Assembly (NCBI GenBank): GCA_964188305.1
Contig: OZ076893.1
Direction: 5' to 3' (one strand)
Source of the DNA: Podarcis bocagei
Taxonomy: Eukaryota
DNA: 64,000 nt
Part shown: positions 22,901 through 34,600 of the stretch, piece after piece
Layout: every line of letters starts with the position of its first letter
Position numbering within the stretch: the first letter of the stretch is position 1
Position numbers and translations under genes: made by a program
The notes under the pieces: model-generated
Databases searched by the model: none
Seen by the model: the letters and a program-made list of their open reading frames with translations, nothing else
What the model was told of the DNA's origin: nothing

Positions 22901-23799
22901 GTTTCCAAAGAGCTATTAGTGGCACGCCCGAAATGTTTATTATAAACTTTGGGTGTTTTGAAAGCCAGTGTCAGTTTCTTACCCCCACTTTCACACTGCC
23001 CTTTAGAGCAGCACCCCATGACATGCACTGAGATTTTTAAAATGTTGTTTTTCTATTGAAACCCGTCCTTTTAAGAACTGTGTAGATTCCCTATTTAACT
23101 TCTTTTCATAGTACACCCAAATCATGCAGTCAAAACACACTTTGATCAGGCTGCTCTGCTTTTGGAAATGTAGTTGTTTGAATATATATTTTTTTAATGT
23201 ATCCTGGAGATCTCTCTGTAGAGAAGAGATTTCTGTACACTACCAAGTCGCTGAAATATTTATTACTATCCATGGTATACTATGCACCGCCCGTTTCCAT
23301 GTACGCTTACTTGGAGTGAGCCAATTACATGCATTTTAATAGCTAGAATGAATTTAATTTTAAAAAACCCACACACATAAACAATGCTTGCTATCAACAG
23401 TGAATTATTCTCTTGCCGGTAGGCTATATTTTAGCGACACGTTCACCTGTGATAACATTATTACAAACGGAGGGGGGGGGGAGAAACTGAAGGAAAAGCA
23501 GGGTCCCAATGAATGTCCATGGGACTTCTACATCCAACTAGCGCTGCCAGGACTCCTCCAGAATCGTCAACTTAGATTAATTTCTGCAGGAGCAGCTCGC
23601 GCACCAAGCTGTCTCCACGGAAGCCTCCCTCTTATTCTACTCAATTCTCAAAAGTGCGGGTGCCTGCCTGGTCCTCTTTTGCAGCTGTCCGCCCTGCTCC
23701 CAAGTATTGCACTTCGCACCTTCGACGTGCAATTATAATAAATACAACTTTTTTTTCAAAGTGGGGAGGAGGGAGCGAAGAGCACAGCTCCTCCGTTCA

Positions 23800-24620
23800 G
23801 GGCATCTTCTAAGTAAGATCTTTTAAGGGAATGCTTTGTCTCCGGGATAACACAAACCGGAGAGAAGAAAGCCAGCCAGCATCCGCGGAGGCGGAGCATC
23901 GCTTCCAACTCACCGCAATGATTTATACGACCCTAGAAAGGCAGCAACCCTTTAAACGTGCTTTAAAGTCTGCATGGCGGTCAATGAATGGGCAACGGCT
24001 ACCAGAGTCCTATAGCCAATCTGACTTTGGTTTCAAAGAGATCAACGGAAGGGGTGTAAGCGTCGGGTGCGTGTGCCCGGCTGTGTGTGCCTGCTAGTAA
24101 CTGGCAATTCGGCAGAGAAAAGAGACGAGCGCTTTGAGTTTCGCTCTGGAAAAAGGACCCCCGTGCAGGATGCAGCCAGGGCTCCAGCGGCAAAGAGAAA
24201 CGAAAGGGAGCAAGCGAAGGCGCACAGCTTGCCTGCGCTCCCACATTCCCTGCTGAACTTCCGGAGCTGCGAAAATTCTGGTCTCCTAGTTTTTTCTTCG
24301 CCGCGACGCCTGTTCGGTTTCTTCATGCAGCCCCCTCCAAAGCTATCTCTCCGGCAGATCTCAACAAAGTTATCGAGGGAGAGTGAAAGGGACAGAAAGA
24401 AGGGGAAACAAAGGAAAAGGGACTTGCTGCCCAAAGCAAGGTGGAACAGAGTGCAAAGATAGTCCAGAAGTGGATGTTGGTCGTGAGCTGGCGGCAGGCT
24501 GCAACCCAGGTTCGCCCAAGGATGCGCTGGGGGCAGATTCTTCCCCCACATACGTGCTTTACTCATCATGCCAGAATCAGTATCGGATCCCTCGGGTCTT
24601 CGGGTAAGTGCGAAATGTTT
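23800..24620. promoter_or_regulatory. Distal CpG island between the NCOA2 3' end and PRDM14; candidate bidirectional promoter
   Basis: CpG-rich; CCAAT at 24016-24020; minus-strand donor GCG|GTGAGT (intron starts 23913) and plus-strand donor CGG|GTAAGT (intron starts 24604). Confidence 0.55.
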
Positions 24621-26707
24621 AATAGGACAAGAACTGTGGTCAAGGCGGTACCTGGTGCTGCTGCAACGCTCTTGGGGTGCCTGAGCAGCGATAGTTGTTT
24701 CTTATACAGTCAGGAGACGGTTGACTTAACTTTGTCTGAAATATTGCCTTGCGTGCAAATATATTCCACTGACACTAGAGGGAGCTATTTGCAGCTGCAT
24801 GTCTTTAGGATGAACATGGCCTCCTCCGTTAGTTCTTGAGAATTGGCAATGTTTTTCCCCGACAACAAAGCCTGGGAGGAAGGTGCGCCGTTCTTTACTT
24901 TGATTTCCTTAGGCACTATACATTTAAAGCAGCAACACAGCACTTTAAACTATCATGGCTTTCCCCAAAGAATCCTGGGAACTGTAATTTAATGGGGCTG
25001 AATTTTAAGGGGGATTCCTATTCATCTCAGAGCTACAATTACCAGTGTTTCATGGGAAATGGTTTACAAAGGAGTAAGCCCCACTGGACAAAGTGGGAAG
25101 GCGATATATATATATATATGCGCGCATGCATGCATGCATGCATGCATGGATAAAAATGCATTGCATATGCAGAACGAAGATCAGCTCCTGGTGGAGACCA
25201 CAAAGGGGATCTTCCCATTATTCACATCCTTCACCAATGGAGGAAAAAAAACCCTGCCCAAGCTGTATCCCAAGAAACAGCAGTTCCCCTTTCAAGCACA
25301 GTCTGTTTAGCACCCAGAAGGTTGACTTTGCAGGCCAAACCATCCTTTCAGTATATGAGACCACTGAGCTCCAAAGGTTGTGCAAGGTTTCAATTCTGAC
25401 CATGCTGAGTAGTTCCTATTGATGGACAACCACTTTAATCACTCTGTCAGAAAGTAAGAATGTCAAGTAAAAAACTGAATCTAGATGCTAGATAACCTGC
25501 ACCCAAGTCTTTTTCCCAGTTGGCAATAAAACATTAGTGTGAGCTTATTTGGTGTTATTTGTACTTTCAGACACACCTGCTACAGAATGCCATCTAGATA
25601 GTGATAGATGTGAATGGCATTCCTGTGGCTTACTTTCCATTCCCACTGACGGAGAAAGCGAAAGGCCGAAAGTGCTCAGTGGGTCATCTGAAGCTGCTCT
25701 CTGACACCACCTTTGTCTTTGCGGTTTTGTTCTGCAGTGGTTTCCCTGCTCCTTACCCCCAATTTTGCTTTGTGTGGTTAGTCCCACCTCTTGGGGTTAA
25801 GTAGCAGTCTTCCTCAGAATGTTTAAAATTGATTTGTCATCAGGTAGGGAGCTTCATTCCTTTCCAGAGGGGTTTGATGATGTAGCCTTGGCTTCCTGGT
25901 GCAGGTGGTACTTAGAATAGTTGCCAGACTAGTAATACTTGGACTTGCCATTTTGGTTCTTCCCGTTTGGCTTGAAACCTAGGATAAGTACAAAGCTGAA
26001 AGCAGGTCAACAAAATGACTGTGCATTGCCAAAGAATGAGGTTATAGATATATTATAGCCTGAAGTGCCTCCCGTGCAGAGTGATCAGTGTCTGATAAGT
26101 TTCCTTTCAGAGCAATCATAGTTGAGAACAGTTTGGAATCAATTTTGAAAACAGGAGCAATGCCCTGTTAGATATCAATGTTTACTCTACTAACTTCAAG
26201 ATATGGAAATCTAGTCCTTTTGAATTTGGAGGCCCTCCTGCAATTTTTGCTGAAGGGGGCTCAGGCTGCCTGCCCCAATGACACCAGTGACCACTTAAGA
26301 GGAGGCTTCAAAAGGATATTAGAAATAACTTCCATAACCCCCCAAATGTAGTTGACTGAGAGGTAAAAGCACCTGCTGAAGAAAAACCAACTTGCTACTG
26401 AGGTACAGAACAAGTGGGAGAATCAGTCAAAGGTGGTGGTGGTCTCTCCTGATATGCTCCACTGTTCAGAATGATAGGCAGCATGTAACTCAGGTCTATG
26501 TAGCAGCACAGCAGATAACCCAGAAAATTCAGTATACTCTTCAGTGAGCATATAGCTAATGAAACCCAGAATAAAATTATTTTCAATCTGCCAAAAATCG
26601 AAATGTCAACCCTTGCACTTAAATCTGTCCGTCAATTTCACTGGGTGACACAAAGAAATGTAGTAAGGTGTGGTGGTGCTGAAAAGATGGGGAGGTCTTT
26701 ATTTAGG

Positions 26708-27052
26708 AAAGGATCCTGTGCGCAGTAGCCCAGCACCTGGCTTTGTATGCAGGAGTTTCCAGGTTCAATCCCTGGCATCTCCTGCTATCTAGTTGGCAGC
26801 TAGATAGCTCCGTTGGTCAAAGTATGGTGTTGGTTATGCCAAAGTTGCAGCCATGATCCCTATAAGGGACAGCTGCATATTCCTGTATTGCAGGGGGTTG
26901 GAGTAGAGGATCCTAAGGGTCCCTTCCAACCTTTATGATTCTATGATTCTGGGAACCCTTCTCTTCTAGAAATCTGGAGAGCTACAGTCAGTGTAGACTA
27001 TGCTGAGCTAAACGAAGCAGAGGTCTGACTTGGTATAAGGCAACTTCCTGTG
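26708..27052 (+). mobile_element. Squam3-like SINE interrupted by a second tRNA-head/CR1-tail SINE (about 26790-26950)
   Basis: Host head ...aggttcaatccctggcatctcc and host tail cagtcagtgtagac...gtataaggcaacttcct flank a unit ending ccttccaacc...tatgattctatgattct. Confidence 0.65.
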
Positions 27053-28022
27053 TCTCAAAGAAAAAGCAAATGAGAATAGAGTCTACTCTGCAACAAAGTT
27101 TAAGCAGCACTATTTGGCTGCAATACCTCCCCAGAAATGTGTATCTGTGTTTGTATGCCACACAGAAGGGTTATTTCCCACCACTTAACAATCCTTTCTG
27201 TGTCCTAGTTTTCCTCAGCAAAAGATATAGTACCATTGGGGGCCCTGATATGCTGGGCTTGTGTGTAGGAGTGGTTCTTACGGCGCTATAATGCTATGCT
27301 ATAATCCATAGAAGTTGTTGGGGTTTTCCAAGTGTTTCTTGCAACCAGTTTACATTATACAGGCTCTTTAAGATGGCTCAGGTAGCAACTGAGAAACTAA
27401 TGTTAAAATAGTAATAGAAAAAGGGCTTGCATAGTGGGTCAAGTTCTTCTATAGCCTCTTTTTTTTTAAGCCCTGCATTTCTTGAAAGTTGTGTCTCTCT
27501 TCCACTACCCACCCACCCTATTCCAATCCAGCACTCAAAGCCAGTGCAATCCTCTTAGCTGTAGTTGTCCTCAAAGGAATAGTGGGGGAATGCATGGGCT
27601 CACCCCCTCACTGCTTTTTAATAGCCCAGAAGTGATAGGCAAGTTCACACATACACATTCCCCTCAGTTTTTGCTGCTCATCCTGTACTGCATGAGGCCA
27701 CAGGTGAGAGGGAACACTGGTTAGTAGGATCATTTATCAAGCAAACGGTCAGATTTTGCCCACAGGTTTCCAAGGTATACATATTTAGTATGGCTGGCTG
27801 TGCTAATTGCACTTGAACCCAGACATTAAAGAGTCCATTACTGGAATGACTTAAGCATGCCAGCTCTAGAGACAGTACATTGAGAGGACCAATGAAGAAG
27901 CCTGCTGTCTTAATTCAACTCAGCGCCATCTACCAACTGGGATGCTGTGACTCTCCTGGCACAACTTTTTGCACGCACAAATGGCACAACAGAAGAAATG
28001 TTGCTATGTCTAAAACCATGTA

Positions 28023-28255
28023 NNNNNNNNNNNNNNNNNNNNNNNNNNNNNNNNNNNNNNNNNNNNNNNNNNNNNNNNNNNNNNNNNNNNNNNNNNNNNN
28101 NNNNNNNNNNNNNNNNNNNNNNNNNNNNNNNNNNNNNNNNNNNNNNNNNNNNNNNNNNNNNNNNNNNNNNNNNNNNNNNNNNNNNNNNNNNNNNNNNNNN
28201 NNNNNNNNNNNNNNNNNNNNNNNNNNNNNNNNNNNNNNNNNNNNNNNNNNNNNNN
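28023..28255. other. Assembly gap (N run)
   Basis: Run of N. Confidence 1.
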
Positions 28256-28493
28256 TAAATCACAACCTGAAAACACTGTAAGCTTTCTCCTGAAGAACCA
28301 TAGTTTATATATTGCTTAGTTTTACCCTCGTATAATCTTTTCATATACACACACTCATACACATCTCAGATGCAACTTCATGAGGAACTGTACAAATAAA
28401 ACCCACAAATGACAAAAGAAAAAAAATAAGAATCAATGCTTGAAGAAATGTGTCCATCATCTCTATTCAACGACTGAAAGCTAAGTGATGATG

Positions 28494-28641
28494 NNNNNNN
28501 NNNNNNNNNNNNNNNNNNNNNNNNNNNNNNNNNNNNNNNNNNNNNNNNNNNNNNNNNNNNNNNNNNNNNNNNNNNNNNNNNNNNNNNNNNNNNNNNNNNN
28601 NNNNNNNNNNNNNNNNNNNNNNNNNNNNNNNNNNNNNNNNN
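28494..28641. other. Assembly gap (N run)
   Basis: Run of N. Confidence 1.
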
Positions 28642-31600
28642 AGAAACTAAAAAGATTTTGTTTTAGTCTACAAAGAAACACCAGGGAGAAAATTCTAATT
28701 AAAAACCAAAGCCACTACAGTAATTTTCTTTTGTGCAGAGAATGCTTTTGCTCTTAGGTAGCAATACTACCATACAAATACTAGAAAACTTTAAATTCAC
28801 ACCAACAATTAATGGCTTAAGTTGCATTTCAAAACTGATTGTGTATCTTTGGGTTTTGCAAGTAGAGCTGAACCACCTTTTTCATGTGTTAAGCCCATAT
28901 GAACTCCTTTTTGTAAAAAAAGAAAGAAAGAAAATCCACATAGATTAAAAATGCTTTATATAAATGGCAAAAACATTGCTTTCAGTTAATATAGACTAAT
29001 GGACTGGTGGGGCCCCCATTTTTAAAAAATCTTTGATTGACTTCACTGATATCAACTTCACTGATAGCACTTTACCTGAATTTGGTTGAATGGAGCTTTC
29101 ATATAATTGTAGAGTTGGGGGGGACCATCAAGGGACATCTAGTCCAACCCCCTATGCCATGTGGTTATATATGTGTATTTTTTTTTTAAAAAATTAAGAC
29201 CTCTTAAGTCCATCACACTTATTATAAGAGAACACTGATTATGTTCCAGCATAAAATCCAATTGCTATCTCTATCAATTTTACTGTGTATGGAATTAGAA
29301 ACACTGATTATAAAAAAGAAATTAATTTGGCATGGTTACCTTTGTCTCTAGCATGATTAACATAACCAGAAAATGCCTACTCATTGTTTTCAGTTCATTG
29401 ACCCCAATAAATTTTCTGATGGATATAACCACTTATTTTAAAATTCAACTAAATATGGGCAAACGAAGAAATATTCTGAACTGGCTCAAGTTAAAAATTA
29501 CTTATTTGCCTACTTTTTAAAATTAAAAAATGTTTCGAGAGAGAATATTTCAAAGGTAAAATATTTAATCCAAAACCTAGAGGTTAAAAATGATCAAATT
29601 TTAATCCAGACATAATTTTACTATTAATATTAAAAAACTTTTCTTAATGTTATGGAGCTCAGGGCTGACATATCATAGATTTCCACCAGATGGCTCAGTT
29701 GTCTGAATAGCTACTTTTGAGTTTAACCGACAAAGTGGTGGGTGACTGCTCAGAAGTGCAGTATCTCCCAGTGTAACAGGAGAGCCACTCAACAGGAAAC
29801 AAATGGTTTGAAATGAATTCTATATGTTCCTTAACTTATTTTTTGTCTTAGCACTCTATGAAAGTCAGATTCTTTGTATATTTTAACCCTCATCACAAGC
29901 AAACAAGATTTCAAGGTTAACAGACCTTCTCCCAAATACATGAATGATGATTGAGATAATATAAAATGCATTGCATTTTAAGTAAATTCCAAAATTTTGA
30001 GTTCAGGTATGAAAGTGTGTGGATTGTGGGGAAGAGAGAAACAGGAGGTCAAAAACAACCAGCTTCCTGGTATTTTAAGTCCACAGAAACTGATGCCAGC
30101 TTATACTAAAACATTACTGGAACCATAGCAGGTAAGAGTAAAACCACCTTAAGCAGTGGCCTGCTGAACAACAGTTTTTCTAAGATTCATTAAGAAAGAA
30201 TATAAACATACAAAAAAGTCAAGAATTGGCTCCTACAGTGGCTGCATATAATATAAGGTTAGATAAATGACTTTATGAGCAGAATCGCAAGGTTTAGAAA
30301 ATGAAGTTTCAAGCCTACAAATTAGGTCTAATCAAGGCATTGTGATCCTTTACAAAACACTTTTTTCCCCAGGAGACACACATAGCTATGAAGATATCTA
30401 ATTTAATACTGAAGTACCTCATTTGGAAATCAACTCCACAACATGTATACCTCACAAAATTATACAATTAAAACACTAAAGTCTTCAACTTAAATTATTG
30501 CTTGTTTACATAGAAACTGGTTTTTATGTACCTTACAAAATGTCCTCAGTCCCCGCTGCTTCAAAATAATTAGAACACATGATGGTTAACTCTGTAGTGA
30601 TATCTGCCATAGCTTAAGTCATTATTTTCCCCAGTTGTGGAGATGGGGGAAAAATTAAGTTTTATCATTTACATCAGATGCTTTTAAGTTCTGATTTTTT
30701 AATGCCTCAATCCTGCCACTTCCATCACCAAAAGATGCACCCTTATTTAAAATGATTATTCAGCAACTAGTTACCTGCAACCTAGAACTCAGGTAACAAA
30801 CCTAGGGATACAATGAGGGTTATTCATTTCTCCATCCTGTAAGAAAAGAAACAGAGAAAGGGCAACTGAAGGCAGGAGAAAAGGGATGCTAACTTTAGTT
30901 AATTTTTTAGGATGCTGAAATCAATTGAATGGGAACTTAAATTGGTTTGACTCATGATTTCGTTCAAAGTAACCAAAAGAACTTTAAAAACAGCCCTCTC
31001 ACAGGATATTTTAACCTGTTTACAAATGTAAACCTATTCAAAACGGACTGGTTTTGTTTTCTAGCATGGGATGTCTAGTCAACTAGATACCTTTCCCCCA
31101 AAACAGTTAGATGTCTGTTCTCCACATTTTGTCATTTAGCACTATGAGAGTCGTAATCCAGCTAACGCCCCACCTCCTAAAGTGGAGGTTTTAATATTAA
31201 CCCACTTATTTCCAGATGGAACTGAATCCTTTGCACCAGACTGTGTAGCGAAGGAAAACAGAAAGAGATAAAGATCTAAATCTACAAACAGAACAGAATG
31301 AGAGCATGGTTGGTTTTCCTTAAATACATACATTTAAATACATTCAATCTGACACGGTTTATGAGAACTGGCTATCAACATTTACTTTGCAGGAGAGATC
31401 TAAGTTGCACTAAGGTGAATGCAGTGAACAGACTGAGCAACTGTCTGTACGCTAGCTTCAGACTGTCAAAGAAGAGGCTGCTCCTCCACCAACAATGGTT
31501 TTGATTCCACTCAAGTGGCGTTGTTCCGTTTGCAGCACTAAACTCTACTTTCTCCAGCAGAACCGACTGGCAGAACAGTTGGGGCAAAACCAAACATATG

Positions 31601-31671
31601 CAGCTCTTCAAACTGGTAAGAAGTCTGGGCTGGGGAACCCAGTCAGTTGAAGAAATTAGCAATCTTCAGGG

Positions 31672-31683
31672 TCAGCAATATTT
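31672..31683 (-). CDS. NCOA2: NCOA2 exon 23 coding part (KYC*)
   Basis: Polypyrimidine tract and ttctag|AAA TAT TGC TGA, the known NCOA2 C-terminus. Confidence 0.93.
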   Translation of the reverse strand, partial: KYC

Positions 31684-34600
31684 CTAGAAGACCAAAAAGG
31701 AAAAAGAGGCATTAATAGCAATGCTTAACTGAGCATGTACTGTTCTTGGGGGACAAGGGGCAGGCGGGTGTGGAGGACTCCCTGGTCCTGAATGGGGTAA
31801 CTGTGCCTCTGAAGGACCAGGTGCACAGCCTGGGAGTCATTTTGGACTCACAGCTGTCCATGGAGGTGCAGGTCAATTCTGTGTCCAGGGCAGCTGTTTA
31901 TCAGCTCCATCTGGTACGCAGGCTGAGACCCTACCTGCCCGTGAACTGTCTCGCCAGAGTGGTGCACACTCTGGTTATCTTCCGCTTGGACTACTGCAAT
32001 GCGCTCTACGTGGGGCTACCTTTGAAGGTGACCCGGAAACTACAACTAATCCAGAATGCGGCAGCTAGACTGGTGACTGGGAGTGGCCGCTGACACCACA
32101 TAACACCGGTCCTGAAAGACCTACATTGGCTCCCAGTACGTTTCCGAGCACAATTCAAAGTGTTTGACTAGTTTTGAGAATGAATTTGCCAGAATATTTT
32201 TCTAAGAAGTCCACTTAGGAAGAATCATATTACTTGCAACTGGATAAAATTGCATCTATTCCTTAAAAGATTCAAGGCAAAATGTGAACCGTTTCTTACC
32301 CGTGATGCATCTCCCTCCTGCTTTATCATATCCATTCCAGGTAGCTGGTTTGGAAAAAGATTGCCTCCTCTCATAGCAGGATCATTAACCTACGGCAAGG
32401 AGAAGACTCGTTTGTAAGTCACTGGGGGAAATAGAAAGCATCTTTGAATAAACCACAACACTGCATGCATACATGCACAGACACACACACACCTTTCTAG
32501 CCAAAAATATAACAAAATAAGAGAGCAGACTTAATGAGGAGGCACATATCATACAAGGTGTTGTGCTATGTGTTCACCTCCACTTCTCTCCCTTCTTTAC
32601 ACTGTCATTCTTATGCACATTTTGCTCTTGCCCTATTTTGAGTTGGTTACTGTGAGTGTCTCCAGGCAAATGTTAAAATTGGTAATTTATGTTGGGAAAA
32701 GCTGTATTAAATCAACTACTGGTTACAAATCTCACCAGGCAGAGAATTCTCACCTGCTCAGGACCCATGGAGGACAACCCTGATGTAGGCACAGAGGTTG
32801 CTGAGGTCATGCTGATCTGTCCTGTCATCTGGTTCATGTTGTTCATACCGCTTGTGTTGGTCACCATGGATACATTGATGTTCATGTTGTTATTGTACAT
32901 GCTGGTGTTAGCTTGCTGCCCGAAGTGTGGAGGAGATTGTTGTGAAAACATGCTGCAGGATGAAATACACACCAGCACGTCAGAATCAAGATGTTCATCC
33001 TTCGGGCCTTGAACATTCCTGAACACCTCAGAGGGTTAGTGCATCTGGGGACGCCTTCAATAAATGGAGTCTGATTATCAGTGCACAAAGCATGCATTTC
33101 TTTCTCAGCTAGTAAGTAATGTGATGATTAGGTCTGCAAAAATTCTCCCCACAATTTGCCAAAATAATATATGCGTTAAATAGACCTACAGCATCTTTAA
33201 AAGAGTAATAAATTGGAAAAGAAACTTTTCCTGCTTATCTTTTAACATCAAGATGCAAAGACACTTAAAATATTCTGAGCTAAACCTTAGGGGCCATCTA
33301 AACATAGTTGTCGTGCTCATTCAAGAGAAACCAATGCAGTGATCTAGATGTGTGTGTATGTATCTATCTAATTATCTGTCAGTAGGCAGAAAATTTAAAG
33401 CCCTGCAAGACTAAGTAGTTTAGTGAGTCCACTGTCTTTGTAACAGACAAGATCCTAGAAAACTGAAGAAAAAGCAGTTTGGGATGATTTCAAGTCATAA
33501 TTTACAAATAAATAATTATCATTTCAAAAAATTTGCTTCACTCCTATTCACGACTACCTGGAAATAAGTCCCAATGAATTTAATAGGACTGACTTCTGAT
33601 TGGATATACAAGGATTGAACTGTGATTTATATTTTTAGCCCATGGCTGATAAATACACATCACATATATTTTATTATGGATTGGTTTTACGAACATGCAG
33701 AATAAAACTCTAATCAGAAATTCACATGTTTTTGTAGTTACTTGATCTTTTTGAAAACTGGGTGACATGGAAATTCCTACTTAGTAATGAGAGCCCCCAT
33801 AAGAAAAAAGTGTAAACTAGTCATAGTTGTTCTGCTTGAGCAACGGACTTCCACTTGTGTAACAGAAATTCCTCTTCTTCCTCACTGCAGACCAACCATG
33901 CGCCATCAAAATCTGCTTCAGGAAGACCACCCCCACCCTAACCAGAAGTAGGGGGAATGCAGAGAGTGGACAGAAAGGGGAAATCCCATTGCATAAGTGG
34001 TCTAGAGGGTGCCAATGCAAGAACGGGCCTTTTCTGCAATAGCTCCCTGTTGGTAGAATGCTCTCCCCAGGGAGTTCTGGCTGATGTCTTCATGATATAC
34101 CTTTAGGCGCCAGGCAATGTTTCTCTCCAACCAGGCCTTTGGCTGACTGACATCTGATGCCCTTTTAAATGTGTTGTGGGAAGGAGGATTATTGGTTTGT
34201 TGTCCTTATTTTTACTATGTATTTTGTGGTTTTTATATTGTAATTTTATGTTGTGAACTGCCGTGAGATCTGCGGGTGAAGGACAGTATACAAATTTAAT
34301 AACAACTACTGCTACTACTACTACTACTATGCAGTGCTGGATATGTCCCTATAGCTCCATAAGAGAATGTACAATTCATATGACATGGCCTCATGTATAG
34401 AAGTCACATGTTATATTTCACTCTCTTTTCCCAATAATGATTCTGGTGTCAGTCTGCAGCACTGCTGTGTTCTGTGAATGCCCAGATTCAACAGGATGAT
34501 TGCTGAAAAAAATGCATGAATGAGCTATGTGACAACGGCCAAAACTGATGAACTTTGAGTCATAGCCCAGTTGCAAACCTACCTGTTTCCACCCATATTC

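Larger units (their letters stand above)
27900..31671 (-). other. NCOA2 3' UTR (distal end not determined)
   Basis: AT-rich, nearly repeat-free sequence after the stop codon, with several miRNA seed matches; no unambiguous poly(A) site located. Confidence 0.6.

Noticed and set aside
24042-24839. 131-175 aa ORFs in the distal CpG island as a protein-coding gene
   Set aside because: No recognisable homology and low-complexity composition; any transcript here is more likely non-coding.
27880-28757. ORFs containing X runs
   Set aside because: Artefacts of assembly gaps.
31736-34330. One L2 element split into 31.7-kb and 34.0-kb pieces
   Set aside because: Two ancient NCOA2 exons lie between the pieces and they differ in decay, so they are independent insertions.
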